A stretch of DNA of 63,777 nt, filler included, from Collodictyon triciliatum (lineage: Eukaryota): assembly GCA_043381765.1 (NCBI GenBank). It is 6 parts of 6 records of this genome, joined end to end, with 100 filler letters (N's around TTAATTAATTAA, not from the genome) between each part and the next. Parts side by side here need not be neighbours in the genome. Positions count along the whole stretch, not along the records: positions 1 to 12,888 come from JBHJMP010002084.1; positions 12,989 to 25,841 come from JBHJMP010002085.1; 4 more parts are not named here. One strand, 5' to 3'. Under the pieces are notes generated by a model, which saw only the letters and a list, made by a program, of their open reading frames with translations, did no database searches and was not told the origin of the DNA. Positions 1-13,295 of this stretch are shown piece after piece; position 1 is the first letter of the stretch, and every line of letters starts with the position of its first letter. A program made the translations under genes and the position numbers.

Positions 1-178
1 TTTTTGTTTTTGTTTTTGTTTTTGTTTTTGTTTTTGTTTTTGTTTTTGTTTTTGTTTTTGTTTTTGTTTTTGTTTTTGTTTTTGTTTAACAAAGAGGGGT
101 GAAGCGGGAGGTTGACTTTATCGAGGTTTTCGCTTTATTCATATTTCTTTTACCTCAGAGGGCCGGGTACAAGAATCA

Positions 179-322
179 TCAAACATCAACGTCAGCACCA
201 ATTGATGCCAAGACACTCATGTTAGTGTCTTTGCTGGTTCGGGTGGCACTCTTAAAGCCAGACTTCAATTTTTTAAGGAATGTATTAAAGCTGCGACCGG
301 AGGTCGAGCTGCCGACTCTGGC
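179..322 (-). CDS. Duplicate copy of the terminal exon of the 7TM receptor gene (ARVGSSTSGRSFNTFLKKLKSGFKSATRTSKDTNMSVLASIGADVDV*)
   Basis: About 160-431 is near-identical to about 2512-2783, including the upstream intron segment, the CCCCAG acceptor and the TGA stop. The frame is intact. Confidence 0.6.
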   Translation of the reverse strand, partial: ARVGSSTSGRSFNTFLKKLKSGFKSATRTSKDTNMSVLASIGADVDV

Positions 323-422
323 CTGGGGTGTGGAAGATATAATAAGTTTGATTATGCTGTTGAATATATGTTTCACCAAGGGCGGCTTGTGTCATGAATT
401 GGTCAACATTTTTTGTTTTGTT

Positions 423-630
<208 letters not shown>

Positions 631-741
631 GAATGAAAAAGGGACAAATGGGCAGAATAATCGGGTCCCAATATCGAAATTTACTATCTTTTAGTGTCGT
701 TCGAATATCAATCAAACACTCTAAAATTAAGTCAAGGCACT

Positions 742-1489
742 ATGAGAGTCAGCCAGCTAAGCCTTCTTCGCCTCACTTCCTGCTGCTTCAAAACGGGTCA
801 GCAAAAGATATTTCTATACGCCCATAAAAGATGTTTTTAAGTTACAACTCTTGTATTCTTCTAGTGCGTTGCTTTCCCCACCACTACTCCACCAATATAC
901 ATACACAACAGAATGGAATAGCCCGCGATAGAGATACGTAGAAGTAACCTAAGATAGTAAAATCTTTGACTCCAAGGCGGCGCTATACCAGCAAAAGCCT
1001 TGAGAGACATGCAAGATCGAGAGAGAAGAAGGGCACATGCAAAACAGGCTGCCCAGAATAAGAGGGAAATGATGGAATCTCTGGGATATGATAAAGATGT
1101 TATGCAGGTATTACAGTTCAAGATTATCACAGTTTTATTTAAAAGTCTATCCCTGCGAGGCCACTAAAAGAAAGTGGCGCGAGAATGAAGGAACTATCCT
1201 TTTATTTCATACATTTGATATATTCTCCTATTCACTTTTCTTGGATAGGTATTTTGGGGGTTCAAGTGAAATCAAAAGTGTAGTTTTTATGCCAACTTTT
1301 ATTTGATGCAAGAGTGGACTAGCAGCTTCCTCGCGAGGCCATATTTACCTGATGATATACCTGTTTTCATGCTCTATTTCTTACCTACTAAAATGATGCA
1401 ACGCAATATCGCAGGCTTATGACGAAATCAAGGAGGAGGACCGGAAGGCCCAACTAAAGAGCAAGGAAAATCCTACGCCCAAACAATAA
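742..1489 (+). CDS. Small (~86 aa) charged protein, possibly mitochondrially targeted, 3 exons
   Basis: Phase-compatible GT-AG exons ~742-796, ~977-1107 and ~1415-1489 give MRVSQLSLLRLTSCCFKTGGAIPAKALRDMQDRERRRAH...AYDEIKEEDRKAQLKSKENPTPKQ*. The N-terminus is R/S/L-rich and lacks acidic residues. Confidence 0.5.
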
Positions 1490-1819
1490 AATTCTCAATT
1501 TTCTGTTTTTACAAAGTTAACCCGGCCTTTACATGTGCTTTATTGTGATATATTCAAGGCTACCCCGATATGATTTTGGGAGTGAAAACAACAACAACAA
1601 AAAAAAAAGTTTTCCTATTTTGCATTTCTCCACGTCTGTTTTATTTTCTGTAGCATTCAGCTCGAGAAGTGCTGTTTCTATATAGAAGGTATTATGGTCG
1701 TTGAAATCGATGGATGTAAGATATTCAGCAGTGTATTAATTTCGTGAAATGCGGTCACACAGCTTGAAGAGCTTTTGTAGTTTGTGACACATATCTATAC
1801 AACTTTATCTCGCCTTGAC

Positions 1820-2398
1820 TAATCTATCGAGCACTCATTTTTGCAATGTCCCTTCGCTCAAAACCCTGCGCAAAACAGCTGGTGAGATTCTTCGACTGGC
1901 ACTCAAGACGGCTGCAGCTGTTGTTAGCCCAATCCAGGCGATATTTGGGCCTCTACAACAGCTGCGTTCAGATGCGAAAAAAGATTCTGGGCAGTGACGC
2001 GAGGCTATTTGCTATGGACTATGTGGATAGCGCGCATATACTCGCGCATGGCAAGGACTCAACAACCAGCCACCCATTCCTGATAACAGGCTGAATGACA
2101 CCATACAAATCTCTTTCCTCTATAACTTCCTTCGCCACCTGCACGTTCTCTACTACTCAGACCCCGTGAGAAGAGACATGTAGAAAGAAGCTGAGAAAGA
2201 TATTAAACCTCGCCTTGTATCCCTCATGTAAGCACAAGACCCAGACTACAGGCCAAACCGCACGATGCAATTCCTGATTGCCGACTACTCCTCCGCCACC
2301 CGGCCAACAAGTAGCGTCCATGCAAACGATGGCTAGCGAACCAAAGCCAAAACGTCCACCATCTTGCGCAAAATTGAAAGGAAGAATAGAAAAAAAAT
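1820..2398 (+). mobile_element. Decayed, 5'-truncated L1/Tx1-like non-LTR retrotransposon 3' end (family B)
   Basis: Frameshifted translation has SIEHSFLQCPFAQ (resembles the E-x-x-x-H-x-F-x-x-C half of the ORF2 CCHC finger) and RFWAVTRGYLLWTMWIAR (resembles W-x-I-W-x-x-R). It ends GCAAAATTGAAAGGAAGAATAG-A(n), and the same 3' end recurs at 11386-11442 and 16171-16201. Confidence 0.75.
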
Positions 2399-2530
2399 CT
2401 CTTGCTGTGATTTATCTACGTGTCTTTTGAAGAGTAGGGGAAAATGTTATTTATTTTATTTGTTTATTCATATTCAGAGCTTTACGCTTTTCTCTTCTTT
2501 CTTTTCCCCGAGGACCGGGTACAAGAATCA

Positions 2531-5500
2531 TCAAACATCAACGTCAGCACCAATTGATGCCAAGACACTCATGTTAGTGTCTTTGCTGGTTCGGGTGGCG
2601 CTCTTAAAGCCAGACTTGAATCTGCTAACCAGGGAATTGAAGCTGCGACCGGAGGTCGAGCTGCCGACTCTGGCCTGGGGTGTGGAAGATATAATAAGTT
2701 GAATTATGCTGTTGAATATATGTTTCACCAAGGGTGGCTTGTATCATGAATTGGTCAACATTTTTTGTTTTGTTTTTTTTTAAAAAAAAAACAGACAAAA
2801 GTGATAGAAGAGAAGGAATATTTAATTACTTCGACATTATTGCGGAAGGAGAACAGAATAAGTGCACACGGGACGAACTCGGCCAGAAGAAATGGAATGA
2901 GTGCGACGTTAACATCATTTACTGACACATATAGAGTAACAACAAGATATGTGCATTGGAAAAGAAATGATAACGTGCAGATAATTGTGACAATAGCAAT
3001 CTAAACGGAAGTGAAATTTAGATATAGGATACATCAAGAAACGATATAAAGGAAATGCTTATGAGTCCGTTATATTTGTTTTTTGTTTTTTTGTTTTTTT
3101 TTAAAAAAAAAACAGTAATATAACATTTAACATTCTTCATTACCTTCCTAAGTGTGGCCTTTTGACGCTCCGACCTTTGGGCAATCTTGAGAGATGACAT
3201 CGTCCTCCACAAGCGTCCGCCGTAGTAAGAAAATCCAACAGACATTAACAACGCGATTGAGGCCAAAAAGTAGTAGTAAATCTCCTTGACGATTGGGATA
3301 TGTTCCTAGTGTACCAAGGCTTTAATTTTTGGTTTGGGGAACATCCTGATAGCTTGATTCAACCAAGCTCTCTACTCAAGAATTCAGAGGCGCGATGTTG
3401 TTTTTTTTTCTTATTCAAATAAGGTACTTTATATATCGTGTAATGTAAGGAAACCTGGTCAATAGTTTCTGACAAAATTACAACGACAATAAAGAAGATA
3501 TACATAACTCCGTTGGTCTGGTACAGTAGTGGCCTTAAATAAGACACGAAGATAAGGTTCTCGCGCATCCCTCTAGTATTTGAGGTAATCTCCGCCCTAA
3601 GATATTCAATGCAAATAAGGGTCTATTTCTTTGCTTAGTTATGTTTTTCTAATAACGGATGGAATACATACTCTAATGTCAGCCACATCTTGCAAATCAA
3701 GAGAAAATAAAAAAAAAAAGGTATGTAAAGTCAAAAAATCATACCAGAAAAACAGTAAGCATGAATATGCCGTAAAGAAAAGCAAAGTTGGCAAGTCATA
3801 GAGCAAAATTTGCTGCAAACTTCCATCTTCAATTTTGTCCATGGCAACGAGGAGTATGTAAGTGCCCCGAACAGTTGTGAATACGAAAATGATTACGTGC
3901 AGTAGTTTTTGGACAGATAAGCTAAACTTGCGAGTAATATATATATCAGAGCGCAACATGATTAACATTTGAATCATGCAACAAAAGGCGAGGATGAAAT
4001 CTAGCGCGGCAACTGCATAAACGAATGGATGTGACGTAGTTGAGGATGAGTAAGAATCCCAGTTGGGATACAGCATCGCCGGGAATATTACTTTCTAATT
4101 GATGGTGGAAATGAATTATGACTGGGGTTGTAGTCTACTGTTGCTATTGGACAACTTAAAATTTAATTAAGATTTACTTTACTTGAATCGAATAAAGGGA
4201 AAAAAGATTTACTTTACTTCCTCCAGTTAAGGCCATATAAGCACATGTAGATTCCCCATGTTTTTCAGTGTCGAGAGAAAGCGGAATAAAATCACCACCA
4301 CTCATGTCCCTGGTGATTTGGTTCAATCGAGTGTAAATGGAAAACGACATATAATTGTAATGTACAAACAAATCAAAATATTCATCAAATACGGTAATGA
4401 ATAGTAAAGAATTTTTTTAAAAAAGAACCACTGAAAACTGTATACAGATTGAAATAAAATGACACATATAAATAAAATCATGAAGCACAACTCTCAATTG
4501 GAAATGAGTGATATTTAACCTGATAACGAAGTCTGCATGGGTGAATGCTTTTGATACGGTTATGTCACTTCTTCTAGAAGAGCATATATACAGGGATGTC
4601 AACTCCCCAACAAATTCAAGCACCAAGCCATCAGAGGTAATTTGGCCAACATATTCTCCGCCATGCTTGATAACACTGTAGGGGTTATTTTTTTCCTAGA
4701 GATAATATAAAGACATGTGAATATTTCCTCCATATTCCACAAAATTGATCAGATTTTTTTCCTTTATTCGATTCGAAGTCAATATTAAAATAATAATAAT
4801 TAAAACTCTATGAATGGGGAAAAAAAAAACTCTGAATAATACAAGGGTATGACAGTATCAAAACCAATTTACGGTAACTGGTTCTCATATGTATGAAAGG
4901 GAATGAAAATAAGAAACAAAGCAAAAGAAACAAAGAAACAAAATAAAATATATACTTGACTAGCGGCACCGGACAGTTGGTCAGAGGAAACAGAGTCTGG
5001 AATATTTCGACGAAACTGAGAGGCAGGAACGATAGATATGTTGGTATTGATGCAGTTGTAAGCAATAGGAACACTGAGCTTCGACACCTTGACGCTGTAA
5101 GTCCCTGTCTTTTTTATTTTATTCAATGCAATTCATAATTAAAAGGATATCTTATGTCCATGAAATACATAATTTGTGTATCGCCCAGCCAATTGCGTAC
5201 GACAAGACACCATGAGCTGTTAGCATATTTCTACCTACCATGACCCAATCCTCCAATCCTGAGCAAAATCGTTGCATACCAGCGCTGATGACACGCACGG
5301 ATGATGAGTAGCAATTAGATGGGACATTAGGGTCATCGCCGCAGTCACATGTGATGTAGCGCAAAGTATCAAGAATAGCGGAATATCTATTTGGAAGGAG
5401 AAGAAAAAAGAAGGAAGGTACGTGGATGTGTTGTAATTAGAACTCGATAGAAGGAATAAGAAAAAGAAAAAGGAAAAAGAAAAGGATAAGAATAGGAATA

Positions 5501-8500
5501 AGAATAGGAATAAGAATAGGAATAAGAATAGGAATAAGAATAAGAATAGGAATAAGAATAGGAATAAGAATAGGAATAAGAATAAGAATAGGAATAAGAA
5601 TAGGAATAAGAATAGGAATAAGAATAAGAATAAGAATAAGAATAGGAATAAGAATAGGAATAAGAATAGGAATAAGAATAGGAATAAGAATAGGAATAAG
5701 AATAGGAATAAGAATAGGAATAAGAATAGGAATAAGAATAGGAAAAGGAAAAGGAAAAGGAAAAGGAAAAGGAAAAAAAAAACTACTAACCCTCCCGAAA
5801 TGAAACTAACAAGGTAAAATTCAATAAAATGACATGAAAGGTGCAAAAGAACAACCGACTCAAGGATATTAATAGATCTACAGAAGTAATATGACTGACC
5901 TGCACAAAAGCTCTGTTTGAAAGTACGATGCATATCTCAGAGCAATTTGCTTTTCGATAGTCTCATACACTTTCCCGAAATTCAATGTATTCCCATACAT
6001 ATTTACAGGTATGAACTCATACGGCTTCCAATGCATGGGAATAAGCTCGGCTATCCAGTAGAAAGCGTCGTTATGGAAAATAGAATAGCGTATGGATTGA
6101 AAGAGAGAATGAAACGACATAAATACTTTCATAAAAAGAAAACCTCCAGTCGTCCAGTTTGATTTCAGCCAAGAATAGACAGGCTGGAAATCTCCTCCGC
6201 ATGATTCACACACGTCTGGTGTTTTCCCACTAAAGACAGTCGACGAGGGGGTATCTCGACAGGCCTATGGTTGATTTTTCATTAATCTTATTGTAATGAA
6301 TACAGTACTTCGGCGATGGTAATTTGGTTTTTTTTCTAACCTCTTCGTGTGTGCATGAGTCGTACGAATGTCGGGTATGGACCCAATCCCCACCCTTACA
6401 TATATAAAAATATGATCACTTTTATAATTAAAGGAAGTAGATATCTAAAAATCATAGAAATAATTCTACATAATAAGTGCAGTCCTCCTCTGTGATTAGA
6501 TAAGGGTCGAGACATCCATCATTGACAAAAATTTCGTAGTCAAAACAGTAGGGAGATCCCTTTACATCGACAGAAAATCCAAATCTGCACGAATAAAAGC
6601 TATGCAATATACTTTAATTACTAACTGACAACAACATCTACTCTGAAATCAAATATTGACAATCAAAATGGAATTTGAGCATGGGCGAGATCTGGTGGAA
6701 TGATATGAAAAAGGCGATATGTTAATTATATGCAAACTATAAGTATACCAGTGAGCCAGTTCACTTGTTTCGACACCGATTGCAAAAATGTTCGTGCAGT
6801 CTGGATGGAACCAGTTAAAGTAACTGAAATCATTGCATCGACCACCTATACAGTTTGATTATTTTTTAATATAGGTATATAAACAGAATTAAAAAAAGAC
6901 GGCCCCCGTTTACTAGTTTTTTATAGCCTTTCTTTTCAAAAGATTGTTTTCTTAAAATTGCAGTAAAGTTATGTCAAGGGTATTTATGAAAAGTTTTCAT
7001 TACTGTCACTTTTCGTGCACTGTTCGTATGAGCAGGTTTGGGACCTTGTCAAGCCACNNNNNNNNNNNNNNNNNNNNNNNNNNNNNNNNNNNNNNNNNNN
7101 NNNNNNNNNNNNNNNNNNNNNNNNNNNNNNNNNNNNNNNNNNNNNNNNNNNNNNNNNNNNNNNNNNNNNNNNNNNNNNNNNNNNNNNNNNNNNNNNNNNN
7201 NNNNNNNNNNNNNNNNNNNNNNNNNNNNNNNNNNNNNNNNNNNNNNNNNNNNNNNNNNNNNNNNNNNNNNNNNNNNNNNNNNNNNNNNNNNNNNNNNNNN
7301 NNNNNNNNNNNNNNNNNNNNNNNNNNNNNNNNNNNNNNNNNNNNNNNNNNNNNNNNNNNNNNNNNNNNNNNNNNNNNNNNNNNNNNNNNNNNNNNNNNNN
7401 NNNNNNNNNNNNNNNNNNNNNNNNNNNNNNNNNNNNNNNNNNNNNNNNTGTTTATACAGGAAACTCGACAAACGATTCACATTTAAAAAGAGAATGATAC
7501 TACAGTTACAACGGACCTTCAAAGAGCTGAAATATTAAGTCTTCAAAAGCCACCAGAAAAAATAGCATTTTGATGTTTTGACTAATTTGGCTATACCGAG
7601 GTACGCGCAGTCGCAGAGGTCCAACTCAGCCCAACATAATGTCGCATAAGTTGCCGATGCACAAGAAATACACGATAAATCGCAATCTTCTACATTCAGA
7701 CACTAAATAATGACGCAGTGTCTTGTAAATGATAATGTTTATGAGCGCATAAATAATGGCAATGTAGATAAATTAGTATTTGTTACAAAAAAAAAATCTT
7801 AATATTTTGTTACTGGGGGCGTGTAAATGATAAATCATGTGAAAATAGGGAAATGATAGGAAAAGGGCTAAAAGAGAAAATTCCAACCTGATCGTCAGCA
7901 AGGCCTAAAAAATAATAGTCTCCAAAAAGGCAAGTATTTCCACATGTTTCGTTTGAGTTGTAGAGCCCATCACTCCATACTCTACCATTGTACCAAACAC
8001 CATTATGTGATTCACATGTGTCTTGATCTACACCATACATCATGCATAATCCCGTCCCAGAAGCCATATACTGATTTTTGTATATTCATCTTTAGTATAT
8101 TACAGAAATATACGGATTTATAAAATTTTAATTTAAATCGTTAAAAAAATGATTACATTGTCCCAAATTAACAAAGGATCATATACTCCAGTTGAATTGT
8201 TGCATGTCCAGTTCTCATTGGTACATGTAGTTTCATTCTTTGATGGTAAGTAACAAAACGAGAACCCACAGGAGTAATCGTCGCCATCCTTCGAATTAAA
8301 TTTGAACATTTAAATAATTCTCTATGATAATTTATTAAAAAATCCTTCTTCTTCTTTTTTTTGCGTGCAAGAGTAAAACGTTACAATAGAATATCGAGGA
8401 CAAATCTCAGAAGGGAGGCAGTCATCGCGAGTATAATTTGGGAAAACGCAAGGGTTTGGATAAAATGAGTAGTCATAAACTCCTCCGTACGATGCGCAAA

Positions 8501-9702
8501 TCTCTTCATTTGCAGTTGAAATATGTATGAAGCAAAAAGGGACACTTGAAAACTATTCGGGGTTTAAGAGGAAACCCCATCGCCGGAAGACAAAGTAAAT
8601 TAATATTATTCTTTGAATGCGTTTGTTAAGAGAATACACAGAGAATACATAAACATATTGGTAAAACATTTGTCGAAAAAAGGGCTTACTTGAGAACAAA
8701 AAGGTCCTTTACATATACCACACACCGGGTTCCCGCTATTACTGCCAGAACATTCGTTCTCTGGGAGCCAACTATTCCAATTACACACTTTCTCTTCTTG
8801 GCAAGCATCACTGGAAATGATGTTGTACTATAAAATGTATTGTAAATAATATGATGCGGGGGAACCACTACATCGGCTATCCAAATGCATCAAATTTTTA
8901 ATAATAGGAATATCCGTACAGATGGTCCCGTATCCGTAAGATGCTGCGCGTAGTATCCGTAGCAATTTTCCTCACTTAGTTGCTTGACGAATTCTAGGCG
9001 AAGGGCCTCTTTTTCTGAATTTCCTGGCACACTCCATAGGACTTCCAAGTAGCGAGAAAGGGCTTCATCCATCCGATCAACATAACACTTTTTTTTGCGA
9101 GATTTTTTAGTGATTTTTTTTAACTAAATCAAGATATTCATGATGTTCCTTTTGTGTCAAATTCAAAAGTAACAATTGAAACATGCTTTGTTTTTGTTTT
9201 GTTTTGTTTTTGTTTTCTTAAAAATAAGTTGTACCTGAGAGAAAACATCATTCCAATTCTCGTATGGAATTTCGCAAGAATTCTCAAAACATTTCGTGTA
9301 GCAGTCACTATTCTGGGAACAAATAGGAAGTCCACTGCTGTCCCCGATAATCAACTTCTCGCACACATTAAGAAAAGATGATGTTTCACTATATACCGCA
9401 TCCGACACAACCTAAATGAGAGACGAGTTTTTTTTTCCATTAGGGTAGCCATATTCCTCAGATTACCACATGCTGGACTATTATGAATCCTTTTGGGACT
9501 CAAAAACCTTATCTTTAAAATTAAAATAAAAGCTGTCACAGAACCTTCTTTCTTTCCGCTGTACATCCGGATTGTAAATTATTGATTTGATTGAGTTGGA
9601 CAATTGAGTCCAAAAGGATGCTCTTTGATTGTGTCGGGTCTTTGCAAGTGCTATACAGATTAAGTCATGCGAGAAACATACGTCAATTGCCTTATTTTCT
9701 CT

Positions 9703-9741
<39 letters not shown>

Positions 9742-11946
9742 TAAAATGAAAAATTATGTGCATATTTTTGGAGCAAATAAAATTTTAAGAACAGCATTGT
9801 ATTTTAACAAATGATTTAGAATGATTGTGATTATTGCCTTATCCTATCACCCAGAAGAGATGTATATATTGGTATGTCAAACACTGTAGGACTTGATGCA
9901 CAACACTGTTCGTAGAGGAGCCTATTTTATGGTTATCAATTAAATACACTTAGGAAACCAATGCATATCTAACTATTATTATCATAAGAGGGGTTGCAAT
10001 AGATTGTAATAGGAAGACAAGAAACCAGTGGTCGTGTGTCACCTACATGGTGTTACAGCAGGGGTCTGTTTTCCACTCTGGCTCGGTGTCCATATACATG
10101 CAAAAGTTGGTCTCATAGTGCGTTACTGACTCCGTTGAATTCAGAAAAGACTTTAGCAAAGACAGACAGCCAGCGAAGTGATTCGAAGAAAACAACAGGG
10201 GGACCTTTTAAACGGTGTTGTATTTGACTAAAAGAAATGCTGCATTTTGTGTTGAAATGTATATAGTTTACATTAATATCCTGTTTCATATTAATTCCAA
10301 ATGATTAAATATAATATAATAAAATAAAACCCTCCATCTCATCAAATTCATCGATATCCAGTCTGGTGACGTACTAATTGAATTAATGGTAGTTTGCATT
10401 TCGGTTGCAAGTTTATTGATTTCTGAGTAAACACACGGAAAGGTCGGTTGTGTGAATCCAGTGATAGAATCGGAGTAGCCCTATATTCACATATATTTTA
10501 GGAATGTGGAAGGTACAGATTTTTTTTTCCCTTTATTCGATTCAAAGTGTAGCGAGGTTATGCCATACAATGTGGAAGGTACAGATATTCAACACAACGA
10601 AGACGATGAGTTTTCGGTTATCATGCGTGGTATTCTCATTCTAGTAAGGATTCATACCTGCCCGTTCGCATCTGTAATGTTTTCAGATAAGTAAAGCTCG
10701 CAAACTGAAAAGTCGAAGTCTTGAGCAAATCGTCTTCCAGTGTAGTCAATTCCCAAGTCTCTGAAAGTGATGTAAAATCCGACCGAAATACGTGCCTTCA
10801 GAGCAACGGAGCCGGACTGGAGAATACTGCAGACAGGTCAATGGAGGATTTGGAAGAACACCGGAATAAACAAGGCAGAAGTCAGTGTGAAAACGTATCA
10901 CTCAATGACGTAAATATACACACTTCTTAAGTATATATGACGAATTGGATGGATCAGCTTTGTGCCAACACTATATTGCTTCATAAATATGAATATAACA
11001 CAAACTTTGTCACTTTCAGTAGCTCCAGGAATGAGTCCTCGGCCGGCGGGAGCGGAATCAGATACATGGGAGGCATATTGCTTTCTTTGGATGTATCGCT
11101 ACAGTCCACTGCATTTATTGGAAAGGAAGAAAGCTGCACCCCACCGCAATTCATTTCAAAGAGCCCTAGCTGCTTCTGAACAACAGGGGGCATGCAACCA
11201 CATATATCAGAATTCCAACACATCTTGAGAGGGCTCCAATCACTGACGTTCAGTCCCGTAGGAGGCTTATTCATCATCAAAGACTCGCCGTTAACAAAGA
11301 GCTCACTGTCTGTGTCCACGCTAAAAACTGCCATTTCCATGCTGCGTGGTTGCAAGTTTATCAGCAGATTAATACACGACTTTGTTTTTTTTTTTTTCTT
11401 CCTTTCAATTTTTTGCGGGGATGGTGGAGATTCAGGCTTTGGAATACATGACTTTGTATGCATTAAGAGCTGAAAATAGCTTGATTTCTCTTAGTGATTG
11501 TAGATCATTAATTAGACTTCTTACTTGTTCAGGTCATCCATGATAACTCGCTTGACTTCCATCGTTTTGCTTGTAATGACGAAGCCATGGGCAAAAATGG
11601 CTGGAGCATTTTTATTTTTATTTTTGGTAAAATATGGTGTTTTTTATTTTATTTTTGGTAAAGTATTTTATTTTATTTTTTACATAAAAAGGGTCCATCG
11701 TCCCTATAACTTGAGTATATAGAGTTTCCTTTTATTAATGTTTATTTTGTTTTTTATTTATCTTCTAAGGCAATTTAAAATGATCGGTTAAAAGATGCGT
11801 GATAGAGAATATAATTCAAAAAAGATAAATGTTTTATACATCAACGGACACTACCTCAGGTTATGCATCTATTTCAGAGGCTCAAAATAGATCCAATAAA
11901 AAAAAAAACCTGATACAACTGCGACAAGGAAGGCAGAAACAGCCAT
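2531..11946 (-). CDS. Multi-exon signal peptide + long Cys-rich ectodomain + THH1/TOM1/TOM3-like 7TM receptor-like protein
   Basis: Exon 1 MAVSAFLVAVVS splices to AIFAHG (signal peptide). Many Cys/Trp-rich exons follow. TM exons include LLYDLPTLLFFTAYSCLLFFWAEI, GFSYYGGRLW and LLAEFVPCALIL, typical of the TOM1/THH1 family. The last exon is 2531-2674. The gene spans the N gap at 7058-7447. Confidence 0.8.
4169..4219 (+). mobile_element. Family A retroelement 3' stub (19 nt) with 16-bp TSD
   Basis: AAGATTTACTTTACTT (4169-4184), then GAATCGAATAAAGGGAAAA, then AAGATTTACTTTACTT (4204-4219). Confidence 0.8.
4754..4779 (-). mobile_element. Family A retroelement 3' stub, no clear TSD
   Basis: TTTTTTTCCTTTATTCGATTCGAAGT matches the family A end on the minus strand. 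Confidence 0.65.
5452..5780. repeat. Intronic compound microsatellite (AATAAG/AATAGG)n + (GAAAAG)n
   Basis: Direct inspection. Confidence 0.95.
10503..10586 (-). mobile_element. Family A retroelement 3' stub (48 nt) with perfect 18-bp TSD
   Basis: AATGTGGAAGGTACAGAT at 10503-10520 and 10569-10586. The insert reads, on the minus strand, GTATGGCATAACCTCGCTACACTTTGAATCGAATAAAGGG-A(n). Confidence 0.9.
11371..11457 (-). mobile_element. Family B retroelement 3' stub (57 nt) with 15-bp TSD
   Basis: AATACAYGACTTTGT at 11371-11385 and 11443-11457. The insert on the minus strand, CCAAAGCCTGAATCTCCACCATCCCCGCAAAAAATTGAAAGGAAG-A(n), aligns with 2341-2397. Confidence 0.85.
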
Positions 11947-12315
11947 GCGAAGGAATCCTTGTGGGAATAAACTCTGTCCCATTCTTTTCTTTCGAGATAA
12001 CCCCACACACAAAGTTTGAGAGTCAAACAGCGAAAGTAAGAATCGGCTATATAAAAAAACTTTGAAAAAAGGAGCAGGGAAAAAAAAAGCTAGTCGGCAT
12101 AGAAATGTTTCTCTGTAACAAGATGGAATAAAAAAAAGTGGTTCGTAGTGCTCTGTCCATTCCGATCAACAAGCTTTTCTCTCATCCTTTTTATATGTAA
12201 CTTCACAAGATTCTTTGCCCCAAAAGCGAGATTTAACTATAAACCTTATCCAACCCCACGAAGTAAAGCGCAATTGACTGTAAGAAGAAAAAATAACTTT
12301 GACGTGATCGTAGAC

Positions 12316-12888
12316 ATGATGACAAGTAAAGAGAAAGAAGACGAAAGAGATCAAGTCATAAAATGTAATATGAAAGAACACGCAATAACTAGAAATTAGG
12401 AGAGTTTGGACTGATAAACGGGGAAAAAAGGGAAGTAGTTTGGTGTATTTCTCGTTTTTCAGTGAGTTCTGAATACACCTTGGATTGCGCTATGATTCTG
12501 ACATCTTTTCTGGTGACGCATTTAATCTGCAAGATGGCTATATATAGCTCGAAATGAGAGTCAACCCACTAAAAGTAGCCTCCAGGCAGACGAAGGGCAC
12601 AAGCCCCCACCTGCAGGATGTGCAACAGGGGCTGGATATGGGCATTTGCAAGGTTCTGTGTGGAAGCGGACAAGTTTCATGAAAAGCTGGCGTCCTCGCT
12701 ACTTTGTGGCTTCCGTTTAATACAGTTTGTCTGAGGCAGAAATAACCCCATCTTCAAGCAAAGACGGTCAATTTGCCGTCACATTAAAAGGAAAGACAGT
12801 GTATGTCAAGGTAAATTCGATGGAAGAACGGAATATATGGGTCAGCACTCTTCTGACCTCAAAGAAATGCTATCTAAAGAGTCTATCT
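12316..12888 (+). CDS. PH-domain protein, 5' part (apparently disrupted, truncated at contig end)
   Basis: LQGSVWKRTSFMKSWRPRYFV and FAVTLKGKTVYVKVNSMEERNIWVSTL are PH beta1-2 and beta5 to C-terminal helix. There is an in-frame TAA at 12718-12720. Confidence 0.6.
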
Positions 12889-12988
12889 NNNNNNNNNNNN
12901 NNNNNNNNNNNNNNNNNNNNNNNNNNNNNNNNTTAATTAATTAANNNNNNNNNNNNNNNNNNNNNNNNNNNNNNNNNNNNNNNNNNNN
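12889..12988. other. Artificial contig linker N44-TTAATTAATTAA-N44
   Basis: Six-frame-stop spacer, repeated identically five times in the window. Confidence 0.97.
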
Positions 12989-13295
12989 TTTCTTTTCTTT
13001 TCTTTTCTTTTCTTTTCTTTTCTTTTCTTTTCTTTTCTTTTCTTTTCTTTTCTTTTCTTTTCTTTTCTTTTCTTTTCTTTTCTTTCCCTTTCCCTTTCCC
13101 TTTCCCTTTCCCTTTCCTTTCCTTTCCTTTCTTTATGTTAGGGTCTGACATGCGTTTCGTCATTTTATCTTATATATTTATTCAGACATATACCTTTTAG
13201 TATGTCTATTTTCTATTTTTATCCATTTATATATGTACTTACTCATTCATCGACTTATTTGCCTTTACTGACAAAGAAACAAACCAATCCATCAG

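Noticed and set aside
179-408. Twin 66-aa ORFs (179-379, 2531-2731) as antimicrobial or RiPP precursor peptides, or as ATG...TGA readthrough/selenoprotein genes
   Set aside because: They are explained as the spliced last exon of the 7TM gene (phase-0 join NNVE|ARVG). The upstream ATG and TGA lie in intron sequence.
1300-1400. Possible C/D snoRNA in the intron of the small + strand gene
   Set aside because: The boxes are imperfect, with no terminal stem or recognisable rRNA guide.
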